This document shows positions 43,684-60,030 of a stretch of 64,000 nt of DNA, one piece after another. This DNA comes from Eledone cirrhosa (Eukaryota): contig OZ024742.1 of NCBI GenBank assembly GCA_964016885.1, forward strand, positions 47,058,001 to 47,122,000, in the 5' to 3' direction. The notes below the pieces were generated by a model. That model was not told the origin of the DNA, did no database searches, and saw nothing but the letters and a program-made list of their open reading frames with translations. A program made the translations under genes and the position numbers. The first letter of the stretch is position 1; every line of letters begins with the position of its first letter.

Positions 43684-43893
43684 CATTGTTTATCGATCCT
43701 ATTTAACAAAAACACGATTAAAATATTTTACTCCAACGCACCTAACATAGCAGACCATATAGCCAGCACCAACAAGAGAAATATTAAAGACGACTTCAAA
43801 TTACACCAAAGTAATAATGTCCAGCATAGAAATAACCTAAACAATAACATAATACAAGACCATACAGAAAGTCACACTAATAATACCAATAAT

Positions 43894-44083
43894 AATTGTT
43901 TCTACTTTCGGCACAAGGCTAGCAATTACCCAGTACATTACTGGTACTTTATTTTATCGACCCCGTAAGGATGAAAGGCAAAGTTAACCGCGGCGAGATT
44001 TGAACTCAGAATGGCAAGGGCCGTAATTCTATGCGTCAAAGCATGGCGTCCTATCCTCTACCGATACTGCCAATCCACCGCCC
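43894..44083 (-). mobile_element. Full-length young SINE with 14-bp TSD
   Basis: TSD taataccaataata on both sides. Confidence 0.93.
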
Positions 44084-44097
44084 TAATACCAATAATA

Positions 44098-44207
44098 TTT
44101 GTTTCTACATTTGGCACAAGGCCAGCAATATATCAGTGTATTACTGGTACTTTATTTTATCGACCCCGTAAGGATGAAAGGCAAAGTTAAACTCGGCGGA
44201 ATTTGAA
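44098..44207 (-). mobile_element. 5'-truncated SINE immediately next to the previous one
   Basis: Same 3' and core sequence. Confidence 0.9.
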
Positions 44208-44679
44208 TGCATACCCCCTTAACCAGTATACTAATTACCAAAACAATTGTAATTGTATGCCTAACAAGACATGCCCATTAAATAGGAACTGCCTAATTAA
44301 AGACATTGTCTACTCCGGTCCTGTAACCGCTAATCATATCTCGAAAGGATATATAGGCTCAACATCGAATAGCTTTAAGACCATATATATCACACCTTAA
44401 TTTCGTTCAGAAACCCTAAACTTAGCCACGCGACCTCACTATCAACATACATACACTCATTAAAATCAAGTAACATACCATACACCTTAAAATAGGAAGT
44501 CATAGCTAAGGCCCCTTCATATAGACCACCTAACAAATTGTGTAACCTTTGCATCCGTGAGTCTATAAATATTATTCACTGTAACCTTAGCCACCTAAAT
44601 AGGAAATCAGAGATTTTCTCCACGTGTCCACATTACCATAGATTCTCGTTCCACTACTTCAAACCTAGTAACTAATAAT

Positions 44680-44866
44680 TGTTTCTACTTTTAGCACAAG
44701 GACAGCAATTACCCAGTGTATTACTGGTACTTTATGTTATCGACCCCGTAAGGATGAAAGGCAAAGTTAACCTCGGCGGGATTTGGATTCAGAATGGCAA
44801 GGGCCGTAACTCAATACGTCAAAGCATGGCGTCTTACCTTCTACCGATACTGCCAATCCACCGCCC
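44680..44866 (-). mobile_element. Full-length young SINE with 14-bp TSD
   Basis: TSD tagtaactaataat at 44666-44679 and 44867-44880. Confidence 0.93.
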
Positions 44867-46302
44867 TAGTAACTAATAATAATAATATTAAAAATAAAAA
44901 TAAAGACCAATGTCGGAGATAACACTAGACCACCACCTTTTAATTTATCCAATTAGACCTTCATGAATATAGGATTACACCTTAATTAAAAGACCACACT
45001 GACCTACATACAGTCAATAAACACCTGTTTGATCTCTTACCTTATACAATTAAAAGATTTAAATAATATAGACACTCGAATAAACTCTCAATATACAACA
45101 CCAATTAAATAGCAGACAACGGTGTATATAACTTCAATTACTCCAGTATATATTATGCAACTCACTATCCTGTCATAAAAAACTTCAGCTATCTCTACAC
45201 AATCTGTATGTATGTATATGTATATATATATATGTGTGTGTGTGTGTATGTATGTGCATATGTGTATGTGTGCATATGAGTGTATATATATATACATTCT
45301 CACACATATGTATATACCTTATATTATATATGCCTACACTAACTATGTAAAAACTATCTAGTTTTAATAAACTAATTATAAAAAAAATGTTTTTAACCCC
45401 TCCACAAAAGTTTAAAAGATAACAATTATATAACCAATAATATTCTATATTTTATATACTCTATAAAGATTATTTTAGAACACTACCACAATATTAAAAC
45501 AACCCTTAATTTATCAACAACCTTAATTACCTCCCTTTGTTATTAACCCCCTTTACAACTTCCTCTGTAAACTTATAAAATTAAACAACATAACGGTTCA
45601 CCAACAGCTTAATAACGGTTAATACAAACCCTAGAAAAGATAATTTATAGATAAAAAATGCATAAAATAATATACCTAAAGTAACAACATGGCCAGTAAT
45701 TCGGCGGAATTTACATTTAACAACCAAAAACATACTGACTATAAACGACTTAAAATAATCCCATGGTTATAGCTGTGAGTAACAAACAACATACACACAT
45801 ACATACGAACTACAACACAAAAACACTTAATGAAAATCACATACCCAACTCTATCATCTGCTTTCCATTACACCTCACATAACAAATACCTACATTATCA
45901 CCACATACCTCACTAACAAATTGCACACTATCTTAAACATTTATAACAATTATAACATGCTTTAACACCCCACACAAAATATGTTTATTTCAACTGCATT
46001 ATAACTCTTTCCTTATACATGCATTATTGACTGTATTGACTCCTGCATTGTACACCAATTTTCCTTGCTTATAACCTTTTTGCCTGTTTTTTTAGCTTGT
46101 GATTTTTTTAGCTTGTGATTTTTTTGCTTCTGATTTTTACTTATACCTATTACACTTCCAACCAGTGCTGCCTGTAATTGTGTTCTTTCAAGCAGAACAT
46201 CTTTTTAACTCCTGACTCTCGACATGATGCCTTTGACACTAATAACAATTATGTACACTAAATATTCTAAATGACTGGGATTTTAGTTTCGACAATGCTT
46301 AT

Positions 46303-46347
46303 GCTCCGATGATTCCAGAGTTCCCTCTGGAAGAAACAATTGTCAGC
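46303..46347 (+). ncRNA. Hammerhead ribozyme motif (CCGA core variant) at the Naiad 3' end
   Basis: gct-CCGAUGA-ttccagag(ttcc)ctctggaa-GAAAC-aatt-GUC-agc; perfect 8-bp stem II, palindromic stem III. Confidence 0.75.
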
Positions 46348-46388
46348 TAATAAATGTTCTAAACTAAAATTTGATCGTTTTAACACTT

Positions 46389-46428
<40 letters not shown>

Positions 46429-46431
46429 AAA

Positions 46432-46625
46432 TATAAATAAATCTGAGTTTTTCGAATATTAATAATAATATTCGATTCATTTGCAATTATAAAAACAGCC
46501 GCTTTAAGCAATGTAAGTAGAATGACCCCACAATTCTTGCTCTTGTCTTTGTTTCTGGGTTATTTCCCTTCATCAGTACCGTATGCTGCTTACCTGCCAA
46601 CTGTCAGAACTAGTGAAAATATATG
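46432..46625 (-). mobile_element. Single-arm relative of the 10126-10563 palindrome with a degenerate HHR
   Basis: aatctgagtttttcgaatattaataata...ttcttgctcttgt shared; minus strand CUGAUGA-aggg(aaataa)ccca-GAAAC at ~46550-46578. Confidence 0.7.
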
Positions 46626-46663
46626 ATACATTCTGGAATATACAGTGTCTCATCGGCCTGATT

Positions 46664-46719
<56 letters not shown>

Positions 46720-47655
46720 ACCTTACGTGGTTGATAGACGCAAATAAAATAACTACGAAATATATTTCTAAATTCAGATACACTACGTTTTACATGCCTT
46801 ATGTTTGGAAATAAGACGATATAGGCTCGTTTGGAAATGCTGGTATCAACATTCTCAATAAATCCCGCTAATCTGATGATAAACAGTACGTTGCAACTAA
46901 CATACAAAAGCATCTTTCATTTTTATTATGTATATTTATATGCAATCACACATTCATCTTAATTTACAACATCTGTATCATCCAGCAGATACTAAATAAT
47001 TTTATCATATGGTATGATTGTCGTTAGTGGACGATTTATGACAAAGTAACTCGACATAGGAACACATTTTAAGAATGCGTCTGTCAAAACGAACCAAATT
47101 GGTTTATATGAACTGAATCTGTTTAGCAAACCTAATTTTAAATGACGAATGCACTCTTCTTATTATACATGATTGATCGATTATCTGATATTATTCAACA
47201 ATTATTCATTTCACTTCGAATATATTTATTCGATTTTGCTGTCTGTAATTCTTTATCCAACCCATTAATTTCTGGTGGCATATATATTATAACTATAGAA
47301 ATATATATATAACTATTTATATATATATATACGTAGATAAATCTACCAAAATATGCCGTAGTGTCCAATACGTATGAAGAACTCAATGTAATCCAAATAT
47401 CATGAAAAGAGAAGATGCATTCAAACATTTTCGATAAAAATTATAGGAAAACAGAGTCAAGATAAATTAATAAAAACAATGAAATAAAAACAAAGATCAA
47501 GTTGCTTATATTAAAAAATCCATCATTTTACGACCGTTTCTGGGATGTATATGTGTGTTGGTATGTATATCATATAGATCTATGTAAAAATATTACAAAT
47601 TATCAGAGGAAATATACATACCTTCACATATACATGCCGTCCTCATTTCTGACAA

Positions 47656-49575
<1,920 letters not shown>

Positions 49576-49701
49576 ATATATATATATATATATATAAAGA
49601 TTTACATATACACAAACTAAACAAGGTCACATATATATATGTTTTGGCAACCATTCACGATGTGGCTCAATGAAGAATTAACAAATTAAATAATCAGAGC
49701 A

Positions 49702-50242
49702 ATATATCATAAAGTATGTCCATAGAATCATTTGATAATATATATATTACTCGCCGTAAGCAACCAATCACATTCTTTCTAACTTGACCACTGCTATTGA
49801 TTCTTAGCCATTTTGAATCTGTTTCTGGCGGGGATCGCTTTGGAAAATTACCTGTCCTATGAGTTTGTTTCCGGACGAGTTCGAAACTCAAGATTTTATC
49901 CTTAATAGGATATCTCAAACCGCGAACGAAACCCGAGGGTAGAGACATAATCCTGGTAAGACTTTATGCATTTCTTCTAACTTTAATTTTATACCTAATG
50001 CTGTATGGTTGACGGTATATTTAGTCGATTTCTACGTGCTGTTGAAATGTTGGGTAAATATTCTATTGCGGTCGGCCGCGAAGATGCTGCTGCCGTTTAT
50101 TTATTAAATATTTCTTTATAGGAGCCTTTTAATCTTATAGCCTGGTTTAATTGATTTTTTATGTGGTTAATTATGCTAATTGGGAGACGAAATGGTGTAT
50201 ATATATTATCAAATGATTCTATGGACATACTTTATGATATAT
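49702..50242. repeat. ~540-bp segment bounded by ~45-bp inverted repeats
   Basis: 49702-49746 is the reverse complement of 50198-50242; the right end runs into (TA)n. Confidence 0.85.
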
Positions 50243-50260
50243 ATATATATATATATATAT

Positions 50261-51545
<1,285 letters not shown>

Positions 51546-51564
51546 TATATATATATATATATAC

Positions 51565-52150
51565 ATATTGTTATACTTTGGGAGGGTCATGATGCCAATA
51601 AGAATCACACGCACCAGTTGCTTTCACTCCAATTTATTATAAATTTAATTTATAAGTTTAAGAATTTATAAATTTCCGGTTGGCTGGTTGGTTCCCACCA
51701 AAATTAAATAGAAAACATTAATGGAATAGCAACATCACAACTTATAATTAAGGACAAAATGAAAACACACACACACATAGAACAAACAACCAACCAGTAA
51801 CATGTAAATAAACAAATAAATAAACAAATATAAACACACACAGACACCCGGCTGTAACACATGCGCAAACTAAGCACCCAACACACACAAAAACAAGATG
51901 GCGTAGGACAGAACAAAGGAGAGGCACAACAACAAAGAAAAGAATCCCCAGTCACTGAAGAGGTCACAGAAAGAACTTTGGGACGAAAGAACTTTGACAA
52001 TATATGAACAACCATCCGGTTGTGGAACCAACCAACCGGAAATTTATAAATTCTTAAATTTATAAATTTAATTTATAATAAATTGGAGTGAAAGCTACTG
52101 GTGCGTGTGTTTCTTATTGGCAACATGACCCTCCCAAAGCATAACAATAT
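51565..52150 (+). mobile_element. Non-autonomous HHR-bearing element with ~130-bp inverted ends
   Basis: 51565-51695 is the reverse complement of 52024-52150; HHR at 51951-51998. Confidence 0.88.
51951..51998 (+). ncRNA. Minimal hammerhead ribozyme motif
   Basis: gtca-CUGAAGA-ggtc...gac-GAAA-gaac-UU-tgac; weak stem III, CUU triplet. Confidence 0.62.
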
Positions 52151-55100
52151 CGGTTTCAACACACGTTTTCAGATAAAGAATCTTGCTAAACAAATTCAGA
52201 AACGAAATATATATATATATATATAAATATATGTAGCTTTCTGAACACTGCAGATTTTATATATGCATTTGTGAAGTTATGTTACTCAGAAACAAATTCA
52301 TCCAAGAATGAGGTATTTCCCTTTATCTCTACCAATACACAGCCACCGTACCGGATATTACCAAAAAATGTGTACACTCTGAAATGTTGGTTGCAGTTGC
52401 ATTACTGCAACATGGTAGATTCATTGAGTGAGCTAGACGTTGGTCCGATACTATTGACATATCAACGATCTTCTTTAAAAATTCTCTCCTATATATATAT
52501 ATAAACTTCAATGAAAACAAGGCCAGATTACAATTATTTGTTAAATGTTGCAAAAATCACAAAACGTATTTTTATTGTCTGCGTACATCATCAGACCATG
52601 ACGTAAGACTTATGGCGATATCATCAGTTGTGAATTGCGAAGATTATGTAATCAATTACTAGATTACAGTAAACATAAACAGAAAATAGACTTGGTTCGG
52701 AGACGACACGCCAGCCAGTATTATTGATAGGACGAAATGTCTCCGAATTCTACAGACTCAGCAATGCTAAGAATTGTAAATTCGTAAGTGCGACCAAGAA
52801 GGGGGCAGCTAGGCTGCAACAGGTTTCTACCATCCTTTGATATTGCTAGACTATTAATCGGAACCGTTTGTATGTTGTTTCAAAAGTCCGGGGCGCTAGA
52901 CGTGTCTTGCCAAAAACAAGCGTAATGTGATGGTGAATAGATTAAGCGTTCAGATATAAATATCTAAAGAATAAAAAGAAAATGAGAAAACCAGTGGTAA
53001 ATAATTATGAATGATAATAACGGTAAATAAAATACGAAAATAAAAAAAAATATATATGTTATAAAGGATACTGAAAAGTATCAAAACATAGGTTTACGAA
53101 AATTCGGTAATTCTATTTCTTATATAAGTGAATAATTAAAAGTTAAATAATTAATTAGTTAAATGTAGGTAATTGGTCGATAAACCTGGCCACGTGCACT
53201 TGTGTGGGTTTATATTGCGAAAGAATTCAATGGCGTGGCCTTATAGCGAGTCTGATGGACCAAATGTCTCCACTTACCAGGACCAGGGAAAGAGTTCATG
53301 TGACTGAGTTGGTTCAATATTTTAGGAAAATTTCTCGAACATAATATTAAATTTATTTCAAGTACTCCAGGTAGACAACGAAGTCCCGGTGTCTCAGTAT
53401 GTAACTCAGAGGAAAACCAGGTAGTCAGTCGATGATGTAACGTATACCAGTCCGTTATCAGTTATTTGATTATTATGAATCGCCATCTTTTTTTTTTTTC
53501 ATGTTCTGTCTTCATGCTTTCATCCTTCTTTCTCCGTGACAAATTAAGATACTTATTCTAAGATAAAATTAAATGTAAGCCGTGTCCGTTCATAAGAAAA
53601 TGCCATATCGATTAGCGACATATCTGTGGCTATAATATGAAACATCATTAGAAGTGATTTTCATATGTAAGATAGCATAATCTTAAGATTATAGGGTTAC
53701 AATATTGGTAGCAAATTGTCAGATTAAACTAAGCAGTGGTTAATACTCTATAGTATTCTTCCTTTTCTCTAAGCTTCGAGTCCAAATTCTGCTGGAGTCA
53801 ATTTTGCCATTCAACTTTTGAAGATCGATAAAATAAAGTCCCATTCCAGAGAAGAGGATTCTGAGTTCAAATTATACTGGATCTTTCTAGAGAGATAAAC
53901 ATAGCTCGTATCCCTTTTGTAAACCACCGCCTGGTCCTTGCGAGCTTTTAGCGGTTTCATCTTTAATTACAAGTTTTGTCAATTTCTAGTTATGATGATA
54001 CTTTCACCATCCCTACTAACCCTCTCCGAGGTGCTGGAAAGCTTCATATAAACTACCTTCCCCTCGATGATAATTCTGTAAAACACAGGTTTATTATTAT
54101 ATGATCCATTACTTTCTTAGTCAAATGAAACAAAGTTAACTAAAAATAAAAAAAGACAATTATATACCACATTTAGACCAGCCCTTTTCGTTTACTCTAT
54201 TAATATTGGTAGATTTAGATTAATGCATGAAGGGCTTATAGTTAATTATATCCTCCGTAGATATTATCTAAACTTCTGTTTTGGCACTTGACGGGTTAAA
54301 CAAAATATCAGGTTTACTACCCAAGATATTTGAAATCAGAATGCAAACATTTTGTTTGCTGGTGAGGCAATGATGTAAATCAGTGTGCCTGTCATATACA
54401 AATAAGAACGTTTCTGTTTTATTTTAAATTTTGATTTATTCAAAATACATTAATGTATTCAAATGCACAATTATTTCAAAGACAGATCCGTAAATTGTTC
54501 AATCTCATCAAATGTAAAATCTCCCCTCGGTAAATACTTGTCTTTTGAAATTTATTACCACTATTAATTATACCTAACTTTATTGAGACTAATACTTAGA
54601 ACAATATCCAGAAGGACATAATCCTTATTTGAAACAATAATAATAGATGTAATGGTATGATTTTAAATGAAAATTAAGCTTAATTTAATAACTACACGTG
54701 TTTGTGGATTTAAATTGTTCTTAATTATATTAATCGTTGATATTTCGAAATGTAGATTATTTGGGCTAAATTGTCTAACTACTAATACTATTTGGCTAAT
54801 TACATTTTATTTATAACTAATGATTGGTAATACAAAACTATTTAATGACAAAGAAGACCAACGGCGACACTATGTGTCTGAATTAATATAGTCGAGCGAT
54901 TAACAGATGTACATTTTATTGATTGGCTGAGAACGATTGTAACTACGACGTCTGCGGCACGATTTAATTCTATCAAATAGAAAAATGTGGGTATTTCTGT
55001 CTAATCGGATAGGAAACCAGAGGAAGTTTTTACCGTTTAGCATTTACATTACTCTATATATACTACTATACTTTTGTGGTAAAGGCTTTATCTTATATAA

Positions 55101-55403
55101 TTATCTCACATATTATCAAATCTACGAGATTTTGATGTTATTTATTTTGAAATCAATACCTTAACATCCGTATGGGTGGCAGGTTACAGCCAATTTAAAC
55201 ACATAGAGGTAACTGAATTCTGGTCGGATACGGCCGGTTTAAATGCTACAGGGTTAAAGGAAGAACGAGAAGTGTAGAGAGACAAAATGTAAATATTTTC
55301 TGATAATTATTGACGTCCCTTTTTTCTGCATCCATATCTGAATCTCTTTACCTTTGCATTCCATTCTCAGTAGAACATTCTTAACCACAATCTTGGAGTA
55401 TAA

Positions 55404-57019
55404 AGGATAAAATAGAAAACACAGGTAAGCATTAAAAAAAGGATTTTATCCAGGTATTTACGACCGTTTCATTGGTAAGTGCAACCTTATATTGCTATAC
55501 TGCAAATAGCAGCCACTCAATAATAATTGTTGTTCACGTCCAAATTTTCAAATAGAAAGACAGCGTAAGAATATTAGAAAGACTCTCGGGAAACTAGGCC
55601 TTAGCATAACGTATGAATATAGCACTAAAATAGTTAACTTTCTAGACGCGACGCTTAACCTAAATACGGGACTTATCACAAGATTAATGAAAACTTAGTA
55701 TACATCAACTGTAATTCGAACCACCCACTCTCCATAATTAAATCCGTTCCCTTAGGATCTCCCGCCTCTCGTCTAACCGACAAATCTTCGAGAGACACAC
55801 GAAGTACTACAATACCGCACTAGACAAGGCAGGCCGCTTAGATAAAGTAGAATATATAGATGAAAGCACACACGAACACGCATAACACAAACTCCAGAAA
55901 CACACGCATACACGCATTTACGCATAGAACTACAAATTATACTGAAAATATAAATACAACATGAAAATCAAACAGGTCACGGGGTAGAAAATATATTTGG
56001 TATTACCCCATATTTAACACCTCTATTAGTACTAACCTACCCTCTACCTTCTTTAGAATAATAAATAAGCACTTTCCAGATTCACACAGATACAGCAAAA
56101 TCCTTAACACTCAATCTATTAGACTATCTTACTCCACAGCACCAAACATAGAGGCACACATTAAGATGCTTAACGCTATAAAGATACGTAACAACACCGG
56201 AACACAAATTTATAACAATAACAATACAATTACCATTGAACACAACAGAATATCTAACACAAAACCACCCACTAATAGGCAAACAAAACGTAACACACTT
56301 GTACAGGCATCGCAGCCCACCAATAATGCCAAAGTTGTCCATGACAAGAATTGTAATTACCACCTATCTGAAAATTGTCCATTACATAATGAATGTATGC
56401 AGTGTAACCTGGTTTACCAATGCACAGTAGAATCAGACAACCAGAAATGGTATTACATCGGAGCGACTGGGAATACATTTAAAGCTCGCTGGTATACACA
56501 CCGTTACGCAATGAAACATTCCCAGCATCGTTATGTAACTACCCTTGCAAACAAGACCTTGCAACTGAGGGAAAGTAGCCATCAATACACACTGAAATGG
56601 AAACAATTATCGAACGCGCCCCCATATCGGAGTGGTATGAGAAGCTGTCGGTAATGTGACTTTGAGCTGTTCCACATTTTGAGCTCGAAGAATAATTTAC
56701 TCAACAATAAAATCGAAAGATCAAGTTATTGTAACTATAGACTCAAAGAAAGGTTTTCGCACTACAAGTGCAAATCGAACCCTTAACCTCTTACTAACAC
56801 CTGACAAACTGCAAATACTTAGACTTTCTACCCCCTTATTGTATCTAACCCCTTTAATTACCCACAATAACCAATACCTATATCCATCCCTCCTCCTTCA
56901 TTCCTTTTCTATTTCTTTTCGTTTTCTTCCTTTCTTCTCTCCCTTTTTTGGTATCTTTTCTTTTCTTTTTTCTCCCCCCCCCCCATTCTTTTATTTATTT
57001 TTTATTTTTTTTTATATAT

Positions 57020-57066
<47 letters not shown>

Positions 57067-57488
57067 CCTCCCACTATAAACAATTTAATTCTCTTTAACT
57101 CCTTACACAGTAAATCGGCGACATCAAGTCTACGATCAAAACTGATCGAGGAATCCTTCCACTTCTACCCGTCCCTCCATCTCAGTTTGTCACTCTACTT
57201 CCTAATTCTTCTACCCGTTCCTCTCCCTCTATTCTACTCCGTTTGTCAATCTACGTTCTAATTCCTCTCCCCCTTCCTCTCTCTCTCTAAACTAGTAAAT
57301 ACAATTCAAAAAAAATGTTTTTCTATATATTAAGAGTAACTTATTCACTATTTTGAAAATCTGGAGGTGAACAACAATTATTATTGAGTGGCTGCTATTT
57401 GCAGTATAGCAATATAAGGCTGCACTTACCAATGTAAATACCTGCATAAAATCCTTTTTTTAATGCTTACCTGTGTTTTCTCATTTAT

Positions 57489-57491
<3 letters not shown>
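55404..57491 (+). mobile_element. 5'-truncated, decayed Naiad-type PLE with an inverted 3'-end copy at its 5' end
   Basis: KIVNFLDATLNLNTG, NSNHP, CPLHNECMQCNLVYQCTV...YYIGATGNTFKARWYTH (ORF 56166-56654); 55404-55555 is the reverse complement of 57348-57491; ends in (TA)n. Confidence 0.9.
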
Positions 57492-57538
<47 letters not shown>

Positions 57539-57656
57539 ATATATATATATAGGATATATGTTTATAGTGGGAGGGATGGAGAGAGAGAGAGAGAGGGGAG
57601 ATATAGCGCGATAAATATATATATAAAAAAAATAAAATAACATACAAATATATAGG

Positions 57657-57715
<59 letters not shown>

Positions 57716-57794
57716 TAAAATGGATGAGATTGTAGTTGTTTAGACAATATTTGAATAATTTTGAAAAGAACTGAATCTGCGAAAGAGTTTTTCT

Positions 57795-57947
57795 AGAGGG
57801 TCGGACTATGCTTTGCAGCATAGATTTACAGGCCTTTATAGCCTGAGTTCAAATACCACTGATGTTAACTTTTCCTTTCATCCGCACGGGGTCGATAAAA
57901 TTAAGTGCCAGTAATGCATTGAGATAATTGCTAGTAGAAACAATTAT
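57795..57947 (+). mobile_element. SINE copy
   Basis: gagttcaaatacc B box, cctttcatccgcacggggtcgataaaa core, tagaaacaattat tail. Confidence 0.85.
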
Positions 57948-58458
57948 ATATTATACCACTGCAATTGATTTATTAAGCAGCATATCAAGTGATGAACCCC
58001 TCAGATCGCTAAAGCCGCCGTTATTTACAATTATGGTTTTTCAAATGTAGAAGAGTTATTAAAAGAGTGAATGAAAGATTAGAGGGAGAGTGGAATAGAT
58101 CAAGTCAAGCTCTTCTTCGTATTAAATGCAGTTGAGGTAATTGTACTGTAGAGTATAAATATTTCAGGGGATGTAACTAGTTATACTACTGTGGTTCTTT
58201 AAAAATTCTTATCGTTGCTTCTTACTTCATATCTTTCCATTTTACCCCACGAGATGAGATAGGAAGATAAACATCTAAACCATAATTTAATGAATACGAC
58301 TAATCTGAGCCAGATCCTCTGATCATTAATCTCAGAATATACCACATACACTAACTATTACATTTGAAAATACAATAATAGAAACTAGGAGATTTAGGAT
58401 ATAATCTACAAGTTATTAATGAAAAAAACTGTATAAACATGATATTATTTACAGTAAC

Positions 58459-58625
58459 AATAATAATAATAATAAAAATAATAATAAAATAATTGTTTCT
58501 ATGTTTGGCACAAGGTCAGCAATTAATCCAGTGCATTACTGGTACTTTTATTTTATCGACCCCATAAGGGTGAAAGGCAAAGTCAACCTCGGTGGAATTT
58601 AAACTCAGACCGTAAAGAGACATAA
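58459..58625 (-). mobile_element. SINE copy with (AAT)n tail
   Basis: Family 3' end and core. Confidence 0.88.
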
Positions 58626-59914
58626 TAATGACAACTATATTGAAGGCAAGAATAAAAAAGGGAAACTAAAGGAAAGAAAGAATAGGCAAATATAGAGAAA
58701 AAAGAGAGAAAGAAAGATAAAAAGAACGATGGCAAGAGCACTGGTGGCGCAGAAGAGAGAGAGGGGGGAGAGGGATGGTGATTGGTCTTTGAGCCTAGAG
58801 CAGCGGGCAGAAGTGCTGCACCCCGCAGACAAGACGGCAAAAGCATAATATGCAGAGAAAAGAAATAATTTAGTGAGGTATATTAGGTTACAGTTATATA
58901 TTGTTTGTTATTGTTTTTTACCAATCATATTAAACAGTGCCTTTTCTTTCTGACAATGGTTGTATTTTCATTGAAATATTATAGTACTTTTGAGAATAAT
59001 CTAAATTCTGAAGACTGATTAAATTAAACAATCTTCGTGTAGAGATTTCAATAACATTGTCTGTCTACAGTATATGCTTTTTATTTGATAGAGTTTATAA
59101 TCTTTTAATGGAAAGCGTAATGATGTTTTTTATTATATAGTCAGATTGAATATTTGTGAGTTTCATCTTCAATCAATGTCATTATGTAGTGCGTTATGTG
59201 TGTCACGTTTCACCAATGTAAATGCAAATATCCTCGAAGGTATTCAAAAGATTTATGTATACCTTTACATACATTTGACAGAGAAATAGCTTTTATATCT
59301 TATGTTAAACATCCATATGTGCTAAGAATATCAGGCCCAAAGCAAATTTCAAATATATGGAAGGGAATCTGTAATATATTTCAATATACAGTTACAATTA
59401 TTTCCCTTCCATTGCGCTACTTACACCCTCAAATATAATTGGAAAATAAAATATATAATCCTACTAACCATAATATCAATACATTTATAATTACATCGCA
59501 TTTATAATTATTTAAAATTAATATAAATTTTAACAAAAATAAAGTCACAGCAACAAACAGTGCATAAGAAATGCTCTGCATTTAAACATTATATCTACCA
59601 CATTTAAGAACCTCCCTCCCCTCACCTCATAATATTTGTTGAAGTCGATTTCTTACCTTACAAAATCTGCGATCTAAATTCGACATAGTTTTAATCCAAG
59701 CAAAGAAAAAGGATGCTTCATCATTTAAAAAAGAATTTATAATAATATAGCAGTCGAACTAGTAAATGTCACCGACATCACAGCTCCCGAGCTATATAAT
59801 ACCATAACTACCTATTGTTGGGTTGTTAAAAGAGAAAATATCCGACAAAAAGTAAAGAAACTTTTACCAGTAAAAATGCATAAAGCCGTCCTAAAATCGC
59901 ACTAGGCCAATTGT

Positions 59915-60030
59915 TGTTATTTTATCGACCTGGGAAAGATGGATGTCGAAGTAGATGTCGGTGAGATATGATCTCAGATAATTGAGGAACCTAAAGCCAC
60001 AAAGTATTATGTGTGGTGCTCTACTGGTTC
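59915..60030 (-). mobile_element. Old SINE copy
   Basis: ttattttatcgacctgggaaagatgga... diverged core. Confidence 0.5.

Larger units (their letters stand above)
43684..46390 (+). mobile_element. 5'-truncated Naiad-type PLE (thumb end, GIY-YIG, long 3' UTR, terminal HHR) interrupted by three SINEs
   Basis: LFNKNTIKIFYSNAPNI, CNCMPNKTCPLNRNC...IVY...YIGSTSNSFK, CNLCIRE...LNRKSEIFSTCPH; ends in (TA)n. Confidence 0.85.
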
